A stretch of DNA of 64,000 nucleotides, taken from a virus. The stretch covers positions 64,001 through 128,000 of the IMG/VR virus record IMGVR_UViG_3300043409_001318, one strand, 5' to 3'. The notes under the pieces are model-generated. The model was not told the origin of the DNA. It was given only the letters and a program-made list of their open reading frames with translations, and made no database searches. How positions within the stretch are numbered: position 1 is the stretch's first letter; every line of letters starts with the position of its first letter. A program made the translations under genes and the position numbers. Shown here piece after piece: positions 6,894-15,358 of the stretch.

Positions 6894-8063
6894 ATGGAAA
6901 CCGAAGAAACTTCCTACGATCTTAATAGGGATCTTTACTTTCTTTTGAAGGACGAGCCATTCTTCGCTACCTTCTCTCGCAATATCAACAAAACTTCTTC
7001 TACCGCTATTCCAACTGCGGGCGTGAGGATCAATAAGGAAACCCAGCAATTTGAAATGATTTACAATCCTTCTTTCTTTGGAAAGCTGGAAGATAAGGAA
7101 CGTATCGATGTTCTAAAGCATGAGTTCTATCATGTTATTTTTGAACACGTTACAGGTCGTCTTCCCCCCGAAGGAATGACGAAGATGTGGAATATTGCTA
7201 CGGACCTTGCGATTAATTCCCATCTTCCCAACATTCCAAAAATGGCTTGTATTCCGGGTGTAGGGAAGTTCGCTGATTATTCCCCTCGTCTTTCCTCCGA
7301 ACAATACTTTGATCTTCTTAAGGAAGATCCCGAAATGAATAAGGAACCTCAAGAGGGTGAAGGGGGCGAAGGGAATTTTGACGATCACGAAGGTTGGGGC
7401 GATGAAGCCATTGATAATACTATGCGAGAAATTGCTAAGGAGCATCTTAAGGAAGCTCTTGGCAAGGCAGCAAAGGAAGGCAACGCAAAGAATTGGGGTT
7501 CTGTTCCTTCCGATATTCGCAAGCAAATCATGGATAAGCTTGAAGCAACCGTAGATTGGCGTAATATGCTTCGATACTTTATCAAGACTTCTCAGCGTGC
7601 GGATAAGAACTCTACCGTTCGCAAGGTTAATAAGCGGTTTCCTCGTATCCACGCTGGCAAGAAAGTCAATCGTGTTGCGAAGATTGCGATTAGTATTGAC
7701 CAAAGCGGATCTGTATCAGATGAAATGCTTGCTCTATTCTTTACCGAATTGAATGAGCTTGCGAGCCTTGCGACATTCACGGTTATTCCCTTTGATACAC
7801 GGGTCGATCAAAAGCTTGTGTATGTATGGAAGAAGGGTAAGAGCCATGTATGGGAACGTGTGATGTGTGGTGGTACGGATTTCAATGCTCCTACCAAGTA
7901 TGTCAATGAAGAAGGTGATTGGGATGGTCACATTATTCTAACGGATATGTGTGCTCCTAAGCCTGTTAGTTCTCGTCCTTCTCGTATGTGGTTGACTGAT
8001 AAGTCCAACGCAGCCAACCCATACTTCAAGACTTCCGAGCTTGTGGTAGCGATTGGTAAGTAA
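6894..8063 (+). CDS. Metallopeptidase-like (HExxH) plus vWA domain protein (DUF2201-like), usual partner of MoxR ATPases
   Basis: LKHEFYHVIFEH, WNIATDLAIN, acidic linker DDHEGW, MIDAS IDQSGS, GGTDF. Confidence 0.85.
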   Translation: METEETSYDLNRDLYFLLKDEPFFATFSRNINKTSSTAIPTAGVRINKETQQFEMIYNPSFFGKLEDKERIDVLKHEFYHVIFEHVTGRLPPEGMTKMWNIATDLAINSHLPNIPKMACIPGVGKFADYSPRLSSEQYFDLLKEDPEMNKEPQEGEGGEGNFDDHEGWGDEAIDNTMREIAKEHLKEALGKAAKEGNAKNWGSVPSDIRKQIMDKLEATVDWRNMLRYFIKTSQRADKNSTVRKVNKRFPRIHAGKKVNRVAKIAISIDQSGSVSDEMLALFFTELNELASLATFTVIPFDTRVDQKLVYVWKKGKSHVWERVMCGGTDFNAPTKYVNEEGDWDGHIILTDMCAPKPVSSRPSRMWLTDKSNAANPYFKTSELVVAIGK

Positions 8064-8066
8064 TCT

Positions 8067-8105
8067 AAGCCCCCTTGACCTTTGTGGTTGAGGGGGTTTT
8101 CTTTT
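8067..8105 (+). terminator. Rho-independent terminator
   Basis: AAGCCCCCTTGACC-TTTGT-GGTTGAGGGGGTT followed by TTCTTTT. Confidence 0.8.
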
Positions 8106-8215
8106 GTCAACAATATATATATCTTTTATATATTTCTTTTAGCCCTTGACAATTAGAATGTATTACAATGTGTTGAATGTGTCATGATACAAACTAATGA
8201 TTACAGGGGGTTAGG

Positions 8216-8246
8216 CCCCCCCCTCCCCCCTCTCCCTCCCCCCCCC
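8216..8246. repeat. 31-nt C-rich low-complexity tract (G-rich on the minus strand)
   Basis: CCCCCCCCTCCCCCCTCTCCCTCCCCCCCCC in an otherwise AT-rich intergenic region. Confidence 0.9.
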
Positions 8247-8362
8247 GGAATGTATCACCCATACTTGACAGGCATGTTATATTACATTAGGTGCTCATTT
8301 GCGACACGGGGATAATTTTTGAGATTTTTTGACTATTTAAAACAGTTAAAAGGAACTATAAT

Positions 8363-9586
8363 ATGAAAAATTTATTTGAAAACTGGAAGGCTTACCTCAA
8401 GGAAGCAATCGTAGATACTCCTAGTGAGAGACTGTCTGATGTTTTTGATGATAATGGGGTTATGCAAGAAAAAGTTATCGCTGTTATCAAGGACGCAAAA
8501 GAAAAACTTGATAAGTTCTTAAGCTCTCAAAATTTAAAAATAACAGAAATGTTTGTTGTTGGTGCTGCTGTTACTTATCAGTTTTCTCCTTCTTCCGATA
8601 TCGATACAACCGTTGTTATTCCAAACATAACAGATGAACAGTCGAAACAAGTTGATAATTGGATGGAAGAAAACTTAAATTATTCAAATTGGTCTGTTGA
8701 TGGAAGTAGCCGTCCTTTTCAATTTAAACCAGCTTCATCAAATATTGGATACAAAAATGTAGACGCAGCTTATGATCCTTTTAATAAGAAATGGATTAAA
8801 GAACCAAACCTTGAAACAACAAAGAAAGAATATAATCAAGTTGTTTCGGACCCGCAATCAAAAGAAAGAAAGATGTATGCCTTTGTTGAGAAACACATTC
8901 AACCATCTTTACAACAGTTGCTTAACATATTAAGCAACACAAGTTTAAATGAAAACGTTTCTGATAATATTAAAAATGCAATTAAAAATGCTTTCAAACG
9001 TTATGAAGTATTAAAAAAGAAAAGAGGTACTGCATACGGAGAAGAACCTTCACAAACAGGACGTATAAGCCAAAATTGGGGATTAGGAAACGTTTTATAT
9101 AAATTTTTAGATAGAGAAGGCTATAGTGAAGTATATGGGTATTTGAAAAAAGCAATTAAATCTGACTTCAAGATTGTTGATCAAGATTTTATAAACAATC
9201 TTAAACAAAAATTAGAAAATGTTCTCAAAGGAGAGCATGGTTATTCAGTAAATGAAACAAAGGAAAAAAATAAAATGGCTAAATTAACAGAATCATATTT
9301 AAGAGGTATGATAAAACAAGTAATGAATGAAATGCATGATATGTATGATGATTCACCAGAAGCTATGGGTAATGCTGCTGACGAGTATAGTATGGGCGGC
9401 TTTGATTCTATTGAAGAAACTGCTAAAAGATTGGGCGTTAATCCTATGAAATTAAAAGCATTTATAGAGAAAGAACAAGCTGGTGCAAGTGCTATGTATG
9501 ACGAAATGGGAGATGATCCTAATGACTATTTAGCAGAAAGAAAAAGATTTCTATCTAATTCAAGAACTGCTCCAAAACGTAGATAA
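8363..9586 (+). CDS. Pol-beta-superfamily nucleotidyltransferase-like protein with MKxLxENW leader; possible second in-frame start at 9275
   Basis: VVGAAVTYQFSPSSDIDT (G[S/A]...DxD); CTATTTA at 8333; internal AAGGA-ATG at 9275. Confidence 0.6.
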   Translation: MKNLFENWKAYLKEAIVDTPSERLSDVFDDNGVMQEKVIAVIKDAKEKLDKFLSSQNLKITEMFVVGAAVTYQFSPSSDIDTTVVIPNITDEQSKQVDNWMEENLNYSNWSVDGSSRPFQFKPASSNIGYKNVDAAYDPFNKKWIKEPNLETTKKEYNQVVSDPQSKERKMYAFVEKHIQPSLQQLLNILSNTSLNENVSDNIKNAIKNAFKRYEVLKKKRGTAYGEEPSQTGRISQNWGLGNVLYKFLDREGYSEVYGYLKKAIKSDFKIVDQDFINNLKQKLENVLKGEHGYSVNETKEKNKMAKLTESYLRGMIKQVMNEMHDMYDDSPEAMGNAADEYSMGGFDSIEETAKRLGVNPMKLKAFIEKEQAGASAMYDEMGDDPNDYLAERKRFLSNSRTAPKRR

Positions 9587-9607
9587 TATTTAATATTCTT
9601 CGTTAAG

Positions 9608-9640
9608 AAAAAAATCCCTAGAAGAAATTCTGGGGATTTT
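9608..9640 (+). terminator. Hairpin terminator with GAAA loop (second copy at 10443-10475)
   Basis: AAAATCCCTAGAA-GAAA-TTCTGGGGATTTT; A-run and T-run flanks suggest it is bidirectional. Confidence 0.75.
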
Positions 9641-9654
9641 AACTATTTAATAAC

Positions 9655-10266
9655 ATGAAAACACTATTAGAAAATTGGAAAAAATTTATAAATGAGCAAT
9701 CCCACATAATGGGAAACTATGAAGGACAAACTACAGAAAAAAAAGATAAACTTATTTCTTTCTTTGATGATTTGAAAAATATGAACAAAGAAAATGCAAA
9801 TCAAATTGCTTCTGTTTTATTGGGAACAAAACCTTTATATTTTAGTGCTGTAACTGTAATTCCTAATAATAAGTTCTCTCAAAAGTTTTTAGATTATTTA
9901 AGGTCTAGAAATATGATGTTTGCATCAGCTCCAAATATAATGGGAACTGGTAGTAATATATTTTTTATTGGAAATAAAGATAAAGTTGCACAAGCTTTAG
10001 AATTACAAAAAAATCCTTATATTGGTATTGAAAAAATGGGATTTTCTTCTGAGTTTAACAGCTGGGCAAAAGAAAATGCAAAACGTGAGATAGCTGCAAC
10101 TCCCGAATATCATAAAAGAATGGGAATTTTATTGGGATATGGAGAAGCTAATTCCGAGAAATTTTCTCAAGATTATATTTCAAAATGGAAAGAAGTATAT
10201 TCTCATTGGCAACAACAATCTCAAGACACTAATTCTTCTAATAGTTCTAAAACAGAAGTATTATAA
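9655..10266 (+). CDS. Hypothetical protein with MKTLLENW leader
   Basis: CTATTTA at 9643; leader MKTLLENWKKFINE; YHKRMGILLGY motif of unknown family. Confidence 0.75.
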   Translation: MKTLLENWKKFINEQSHIMGNYEGQTTEKKDKLISFFDDLKNMNKENANQIASVLLGTKPLYFSAVTVIPNNKFSQKFLDYLRSRNMMFASAPNIMGTGSNIFFIGNKDKVAQALELQKNPYIGIEKMGFSSEFNSWAKENAKREIAATPEYHKRMGILLGYGEANSEKFSQDYISKWKEVYSHWQQQSQDTNSSNSSKTEVL

Positions 10267-10280
10267 ATTACTATTTAAAA

Positions 10281-10421
10281 ATGAATTAATCACAATATAA
10301 AGGAAGTATTGATTCTGCACTTAGAGAATTAATGACCGTTCAAGAAGCCCTTTCTAGTGTTGACGAGGATTATATGTTAAGCGAATCCCGTAAATCAAGA
10401 ACTGCTCCAAAACGTAGATAA
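10281..10421 (+). pseudogene. Remnant of a small gene ending SRTAPKRR
   Basis: CTATTTA at 10271, ATG 10281, in-frame TAA at 10287, then an open frame to TAA 10419 with the same C-terminus as 8363-9586. Confidence 0.45.
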
Positions 10422-10505
10422 TCTTTAATTTAGTTTGTTAGCAAAAAAATCCCTAGAAGAAATTCTGGGGATTTTCATTATGGGTTATATCTATCTATTT
10501 ATTAT

Positions 10506-10700
10506 ATGGGGCTTTCGCGCTTTCATGTTGGAGATCTTGTTAAGGAGTTAAACCTTGATAAGTGTGGTTTTGTTGAAAAAATTGAAGAACATTATGTAAT
10601 AAGTGAAAAAAATTTTGTATTTGTTTATTACATAAGAATGTTTCATGATGGTGCTATTGCAATCTGGTTTTATGATGAAAAACTAATTAAGATATCATAG
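10506..10700 (+). CDS. Small 'HVGDLV' SH3/KOW-like protein
   Basis: RFHVGDLVK; CTATTTA at 10495. Confidence 0.6.
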   Translation: MGLSRFHVGDLVKELNLDKCGFVEKIEEHYVISEKNFVFVYYIRMFHDGAIAIWFYDEKLIKIS

Positions 10701-10702
10701 AG

Positions 10703-10909
10703 GTGCAAATGGAAAAAAATTTCGTTCGGTATAAAACGGAAGGATTGTTTGGAGATATTATAACAATTACAATTTCAAAAGAAGAAGCAATTGAAAGACA
10801 AATTAAATCTGGCGAAATAAACAATTATATTTATAATTCCAGAGAAGAAGCACTTAAAGATTTTATGAATTGTAATTGGGCTTCTTTCATTGAAGAAACA
10901 CCTTATTAA
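10703..10909 (+). CDS. Small hypothetical protein
   Basis: ORF track; GAGGT SD. Confidence 0.6.
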   Translation: MQMEKNFVRYKTEGLFGDIITITISKEEAIERQIKSGEINNYIYNSREEALKDFMNCNWASFIEETPY

Positions 10910-10923
10910 TACTATTTAATAAC

Positions 10924-11778
10924 ATGAAACTCTTATTAGAAAATTGGAATCGTTATCTTAAAGAAAGTGAAATAGTTTCTTATCAACAACAAGTTGGAGA
11001 TATTGAAACAATCGCTCAAGATATCTCCGATAAAGTTCAAGAGTTTATGTCCGATCATGGATACGATTGGTTACGACAAAATGCCAGCATTGTTGAAAAA
11101 GAAATTCAAGATGAAATAAGAAAAAACTTTAATCGTGATATAACAGAAGCTGGTAGTGGTTCATTTAGAACAACATATATGGTTGATAATGATTATGTTA
11201 TTAAAGTTGATTCTTCTATAAATGGTTCTGGAAAACAAATGAATAAAGAAGATGGAGAAGTTGGAAGAAATCCAAAGTATTCTTCAATCTTTCCAAAAGC
11301 TTTAGGTGTTGCTCCAGATGGTTCTTGGGTTGTATTACAAAAAGTTCATGAGATACAAGATTTAAAAACTTTAATTACTCTTTTTCCAAATAAAATAATT
11401 CCATCTACATCGTTTGGAAAATTTTATACTCAATCATTATTATCTATTGCTTTAAGTTATCAAGTAGCTGCTTTACAATACGACCAAAATCAAATGGATT
11501 TTCACAAATATCAATATGAAAGTATGTTTAAAAATTCTTTAGTAAAAGATATTGGTAGAGACGTTACTTTTCAAGAATTTATAAAATCTTGGATATCTCC
11601 TACATTTATAACGGTAGCAAAAGCTGTTATAGAATATGGTTTAGACGCTGATGAAGCTGTGCGTCCTTATAATTCTGGATATGTTGTTGAAGAGAATGGA
11701 GAAAAAAGATTTGTTATTCTTGATTCATCCGTTCAAAAAACCGTGGAAGCTGGTCTTAATGCTTTTAACAACCCATAA
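10924..11778 (+). CDS. Protein-kinase-like fold protein (atypical catalytic loop) with MKLLLENW leader
   Basis: GSGSFRTTY..VIKV, WVVLQKV, VRPYNSG, VILDSS. Confidence 0.6.
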   Translation: MKLLLENWNRYLKESEIVSYQQQVGDIETIAQDISDKVQEFMSDHGYDWLRQNASIVEKEIQDEIRKNFNRDITEAGSGSFRTTYMVDNDYVIKVDSSINGSGKQMNKEDGEVGRNPKYSSIFPKALGVAPDGSWVVLQKVHEIQDLKTLITLFPNKIIPSTSFGKFYTQSLLSIALSYQVAALQYDQNQMDFHKYQYESMFKNSLVKDIGRDVTFQEFIKSWISPTFITVAKAVIEYGLDADEAVRPYNSGYVVEENGEKRFVILDSSVQKTVEAGLNAFNNP

Positions 11779-11790
11779 GGATTATTTATC

Positions 11791-12747
11791 ATGATGAAAT
11801 TATTATTAGAAAATTGGAAAAGATATATTAAAGAAGAATTAAGACCAGAAGATTATGAAGATTTCCCACAAAAAGAAAATGAAGAAGCAGAAGCTTATTT
11901 AGGAAATCCAAAAGAAATTGGTGAATTTATTTATAGAGCTTTTCGTGAAGAACTTGAAAAGCAACCAGATGATACTGAAGCTCAACTTTGGTCCGATAGA
12001 ATTGTAAGCGATGCTAATTCTAAAATTAGAAAACAATTTCCAAATGTAAAGTATCTTGGTCATGGTGTATTTAGAACTGCTTTTACGTTAAACAAAAATT
12101 TAATTATAAAAGTTAATACTTCTTTTACAACTGATAGCGGGCAGTTAATGAATAAAGACGATTTTACATTAAGTCGTGATTCTAAAACTTCTAAAATATT
12201 TCCAAGAGTTTATTCTCACGATCCAAACTTTAATTGGATTGTTATGGACTTGGTTTTTCCAATTGTAACACCAAAAGAATTTTGTTCTTTCTTTCCAAAC
12301 AAATTAATTCCTTCTTCTTTGATTAGCAGTAATACTATATTTTATAGATCAATATTACAAAATTCTATAAGATATAAAGTTGCTAAAGTTGCACAAGACG
12401 ACGAAACACTGAAAAAGGTTCAATACTTACATGATGCTACTATTAAAACTACATTAGAACCAATAGTAGGTAAACCTATAACTGTGGAAGAAATAGTTAG
12501 TGGATTTGACCAAACATTTTTTGAAGTTTGTAGTGCTATTGAAAAATATAATATAAAAATTATAGAAATAAGACCAAATAATACAGGCTTCACGATTGGT
12601 GAAAGTGGTAATAAACAATTTGTAATTTTAGATTCTTCAATTGACGCAAGTTTAAAAAAAGGACTTAATGAACCAGAACCTAAAGCTGCTCCTCCAAAAC
12701 CAGATAAACAAATATTAAATGCTGTAACTGCTCCCCCTAAAAAATGA
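11791..12747 (+). CDS. Protein-kinase-like fold protein, paralog of 10924, with MKLLLENW leader
   Basis: GHGVFRTAF..IIKV, WIVMDLV, EIRPNNTG, VILDSS. Confidence 0.6.
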   Translation: MMKLLLENWKRYIKEELRPEDYEDFPQKENEEAEAYLGNPKEIGEFIYRAFREELEKQPDDTEAQLWSDRIVSDANSKIRKQFPNVKYLGHGVFRTAFTLNKNLIIKVNTSFTTDSGQLMNKDDFTLSRDSKTSKIFPRVYSHDPNFNWIVMDLVFPIVTPKEFCSFFPNKLIPSSLISSNTIFYRSILQNSIRYKVAKVAQDDETLKKVQYLHDATIKTTLEPIVGKPITVEEIVSGFDQTFFEVCSAIEKYNIKIIEIRPNNTGFTIGESGNKQFVILDSSIDASLKKGLNEPEPKAAPPKPDKQILNAVTAPPKK

Positions 12748-12962
12748 AATATAAAATTGGAGATATTGTTGAAGTAACCTTATCTCCAAAAAAAGGTTAT
12801 TCTCAAAAAACTCCACCTGTTATGGCTTTAATAAAAGATATTGATGATACAAAAGTAAATTTTAGAAAAACTGCTTATTATGTTTGGTTAATGAGTTCTC
12901 TAAATGAAACTTGTTTATGGGTAGAATTAGAAAAGTATAAAGTAAAAAAACTAACAGATTAA
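12744..12962 (+). CDS. Small 'KIGDIV' SH3/KOW-like protein
   Basis: KYKIGDIVEV. Confidence 0.6.
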   Translation: MKYKIGDIVEVTLSPKKGYSQKTPPVMALIKDIDDTKVNFRKTAYYVWLMSSLNETCLWVELEKYKVKKLTD

Positions 12963-12999
12963 CTATTTAATTTGTTATATTATAAAAGGAAAATATTAT

Positions 13000-13293
13000 A
13001 TGAAAATTACAGAAGCTAAAATACGTCAAGTAATAAAAGAAGAAATACAAAACGTATTAAATGAAATGCACAATGAAGATCCAACATCATTAGGACTTAC
13101 TGGTCCAAAAGTTGCTGCTGGCGTTGCTGGGGCTGTTGGTGTCAACGGATTAATTAAATACTTAGAACAAGCTTTAATGGAACATCCAGAATGGAGAGAT
13201 AACGTAGAAAAATTTTTAATGGCAGGCAACGAAACAATTAATAGTGTTGGTAATGCTGTCAGCGGTATGTTTGAAAATAAAAAAAGAAAATAA
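13000..13293 (+). CDS. Small putative head-associated protein
   Basis: MKITEAKIRQVIKEEIQNVLNE leader; CTATTTA at 12963. Confidence 0.6.
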   Translation: MKITEAKIRQVIKEEIQNVLNEMHNEDPTSLGLTGPKVAAGVAGAVGVNGLIKYLEQALMEHPEWRDNVEKFLMAGNETINSVGNAVSGMFENKKRK

Positions 13294-13349
13294 TTCTTTC
13301 TTGACTTTCTAATTTGACCTGCATAAGATGTATACTCTTAGGAGATAGT

Positions 13350-13835
13350 ATGTCTGTGCAGGTTGATTATTTTTCTAGTTCAAAATTTATTGTAAAAGTG
13401 GATAAAGCTGAGCGTCTAAAAGACCTTATTGAACTTCTTAAAGAAGAAGGAAATACTGGATCTGGTTATTATAGTAGTGATCATTATATAAATCTTTATG
13501 ACTATGGTAATAATGCTTTTTCTCTTCATACAGGTGGGTATTGTGATGGGAGTCCAGAACTTAAGGACACCATTATAAATGAATATAATAGCGAAGAATA
13601 TGAAAGTGAAGAAGATCAAAATAGTTATTGTGGCTCTCATAACATTTTTGATTTAATCCAAAATATGCTACAAGAAGAATCTTGGTTTTTTGTTGACTCT
13701 ACTGGATTTGAGAAAGGTAGAATTTATAATAACACTTCTTTTTATCACGCAGATGGTAGGAATGGTTCTATAAATACATGGGAACTAAAACGTAAGATCC
13801 TTGAAGAACACGGAGTAGACAGCAAACAGTTATAA
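13350..13835 (+). CDS. Hypothetical protein
   Basis: ORF 13314-13835; start moved to ATG 13350 (GGAG SD); TTGACT-N17-TAAGAT promoter upstream. Confidence 0.65.
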   Translation: MSVQVDYFSSSKFIVKVDKAERLKDLIELLKEEGNTGSGYYSSDHYINLYDYGNNAFSLHTGGYCDGSPELKDTIINEYNSEEYESEEDQNSYCGSHNIFDLIQNMLQEESWFFVDSTGFEKGRIYNNTSFYHADGRNGSINTWELKRKILEEHGVDSKQL

Positions 13836-13837
13836 TA

Positions 13838-13870
13838 TAAGCCCTCGCAGAAATGCGGGGGTTTTCTTTT
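13838..13870 (+). terminator. Rho-independent terminator
   Basis: AAGCCCTCGCA-GAAA-TGCGGGGGTTTTCTTTT. Confidence 0.8.
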
Positions 13871-13898
13871 ATGAAAAACTATTTATTAAGAGGTAAAA

Positions 13899-14606
13899 AT
13901 GAATATAACTCCACAACAGAAACACGTTATTGATTGTGTTTTATCAATTTTTGAAACAGGAAGAATTCCAACTACTGCTTCTTATTCTACTTGTTCTATT
14001 TTAGAAGATGGAGCAGGTATATCATATGGAAAACATCAATGCACCGATAAAGCAGGTTCATTAGATTTGGTTTGTAAGAAGTATATTAAATTAGGTGGAC
14101 AACAAGCAGAACCATTAAAACAATATATGAATTATCTTGCTACAAATCAATCTTCGAAATTTGGTTCAAGAAGAGAAACTTACCCAACTTGGCTTGTATC
14201 CTTGATTAATCTTTTAAAATCTGCTGGTCCAGATCCTTTAATGCAGAAAGCACAAGATGAAATATTTGATGTAAATTATTGGCTTCCAGCAGTTAACCAT
14301 TGTAATAATATTGGATTGAAAACCCCTTTAGGTCATTTAATTGTTTATGATAGCACAATTCATTCTGGTCCTAATGGCGTAACAATAATTCGTAATCTAT
14401 TTCCTCAAAAATCTCCTGCTAATGGTGGCGATGAAAAAGAATGGTGTCTTGCTTATATTAACGCAAGAAGAATTTGGCTTTTAAATAATCCAAACGCATT
14501 AGTTAAAAAAACAATTTATAGAATGGATGCACTTAAAGCTATTGCTGATGCTAATAATTGGGAACTTAAAACTCCTCTTGTAGTAAGAAACGTAAAAATT
14601 ACCTAA
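13899..14606 (+). CDS. GH46 chitosanase-like (lysozyme-fold) glycosidase, candidate endolysin
   Basis: SIFETG, ILEDGAGISYG, YWLPA, YDSTIHSG pattern; CTATTTA at 13879. Confidence 0.7.
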   Translation: MNITPQQKHVIDCVLSIFETGRIPTTASYSTCSILEDGAGISYGKHQCTDKAGSLDLVCKKYIKLGGQQAEPLKQYMNYLATNQSSKFGSRRETYPTWLVSLINLLKSAGPDPLMQKAQDEIFDVNYWLPAVNHCNNIGLKTPLGHLIVYDSTIHSGPNGVTIIRNLFPQKSPANGGDEKEWCLAYINARRIWLLNNPNALVKKTIYRMDALKAIADANNWELKTPLVVRNVKIT

Positions 14607-14637
14607 TTAATAGGTAAGATTAAAGGATAAAAAAATA

Positions 14638-14919
14638 ATGTTAACAGAAAGAAGACTTAGACAAGTAATTCGCAAAATAATTATGGAAGTTACTGGTGCG
14701 GACGCAGAAAGATTTACGGCAATTGCCAATTCAGCCAGACAACAAATGGGTTCTGAACAAGAAAAATTTTTTAATAATAAATTAGGTAGTTCCGATAAAG
14801 AAAGAGCTAATAACATACAAAGGCTTCAACATTTAATTATGGGTGGAAAAGATATTGAACCTAAAGATAAGGGAGCAGTTTCTACTCTAATCCAGAAAGC
14901 ACTTGCTGAATTAAAATAA
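14638..14919 (+). CDS. Small putative head-associated protein
   Basis: MLTERRLRQVIRKIIME leader; CTAATTA at 14603. Confidence 0.6.
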   Translation: MLTERRLRQVIRKIIMEVTGADAERFTAIANSARQQMGSEQEKFFNNKLGSSDKERANNIQRLQHLIMGGKDIEPKDKGAVSTLIQKALAELK

Positions 14920-14950
14920 TCCAGTTAGAGATCCCACAGAGAGGTGTTTA

Positions 14951-15358
14951 ATGGAACGTCCTTCGTGGGATTTTATTTGGTCCTCATTTGCTTCTACAAT
15001 CGCTCAACGTTCTATGGACCCTAACTTCAAGGTGGGTGCCGTAATCGTTCCAGAAGACAATACAGGTGTGCTGGCGATTGGATATAACGGCGATGAGAAA
15101 GGTGGAGAGAATTGTAGGGATAGCGAAGAAACTGGTTCATCTGGTTTTATTCACGCTGAGATAAACGCACTTATTAAGATGGATTTTAATAACCCAAAAA
15201 GAAAGAAAATGTATGTAACTCTTTCTCCTTGTAAGATGTGCGCGAAAGCAATTATTAATGCAGATATAAAAGAAGTTTATTACATACAAGAATACCGTGA
15301 TGATGCAGGAATTAAATTACTACAAAATCACGGTATTAAGGTTTGTAAGATTATCTAA
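14951..15358 (+). CDS. dCMP deaminase
   Basis: KVGAVIV, GYNG, HAEINA, TLSPCKMCAKAI. Confidence 0.9.
   Translation: MERPSWDFIWSSFASTIAQRSMDPNFKVGAVIVPEDNTGVLAIGYNGDEKGGENCRDSEETGSSGFIHAEINALIKMDFNNPKRKKMYVTLSPCKMCAKAIINADIKEVYYIQEYRDDAGIKLLQNHGIKVCKII

Larger units (their letters stand above)
9560..10475 (+). repeat. About 80-bp duplicated unit (gene end SRTAPKRR plus terminator) at 9560-9640 and 10395-10475
   Basis: TCAAGAACTGCTCCAAAACGTAGATAAT and AAAAAAATCCCTAGAAGAAATTCTGGGGATTTT are identical in both copies. Confidence 0.85.

Noticed and set aside
6061-10475. Direct repeats (34 bp at 6061/6259; about 80 bp at 9560/10395) as a CRISPR array
   Set aside because: Only two copies each, separated by coding sequence of 160-750 bp rather than uniform spacers; no cas operon
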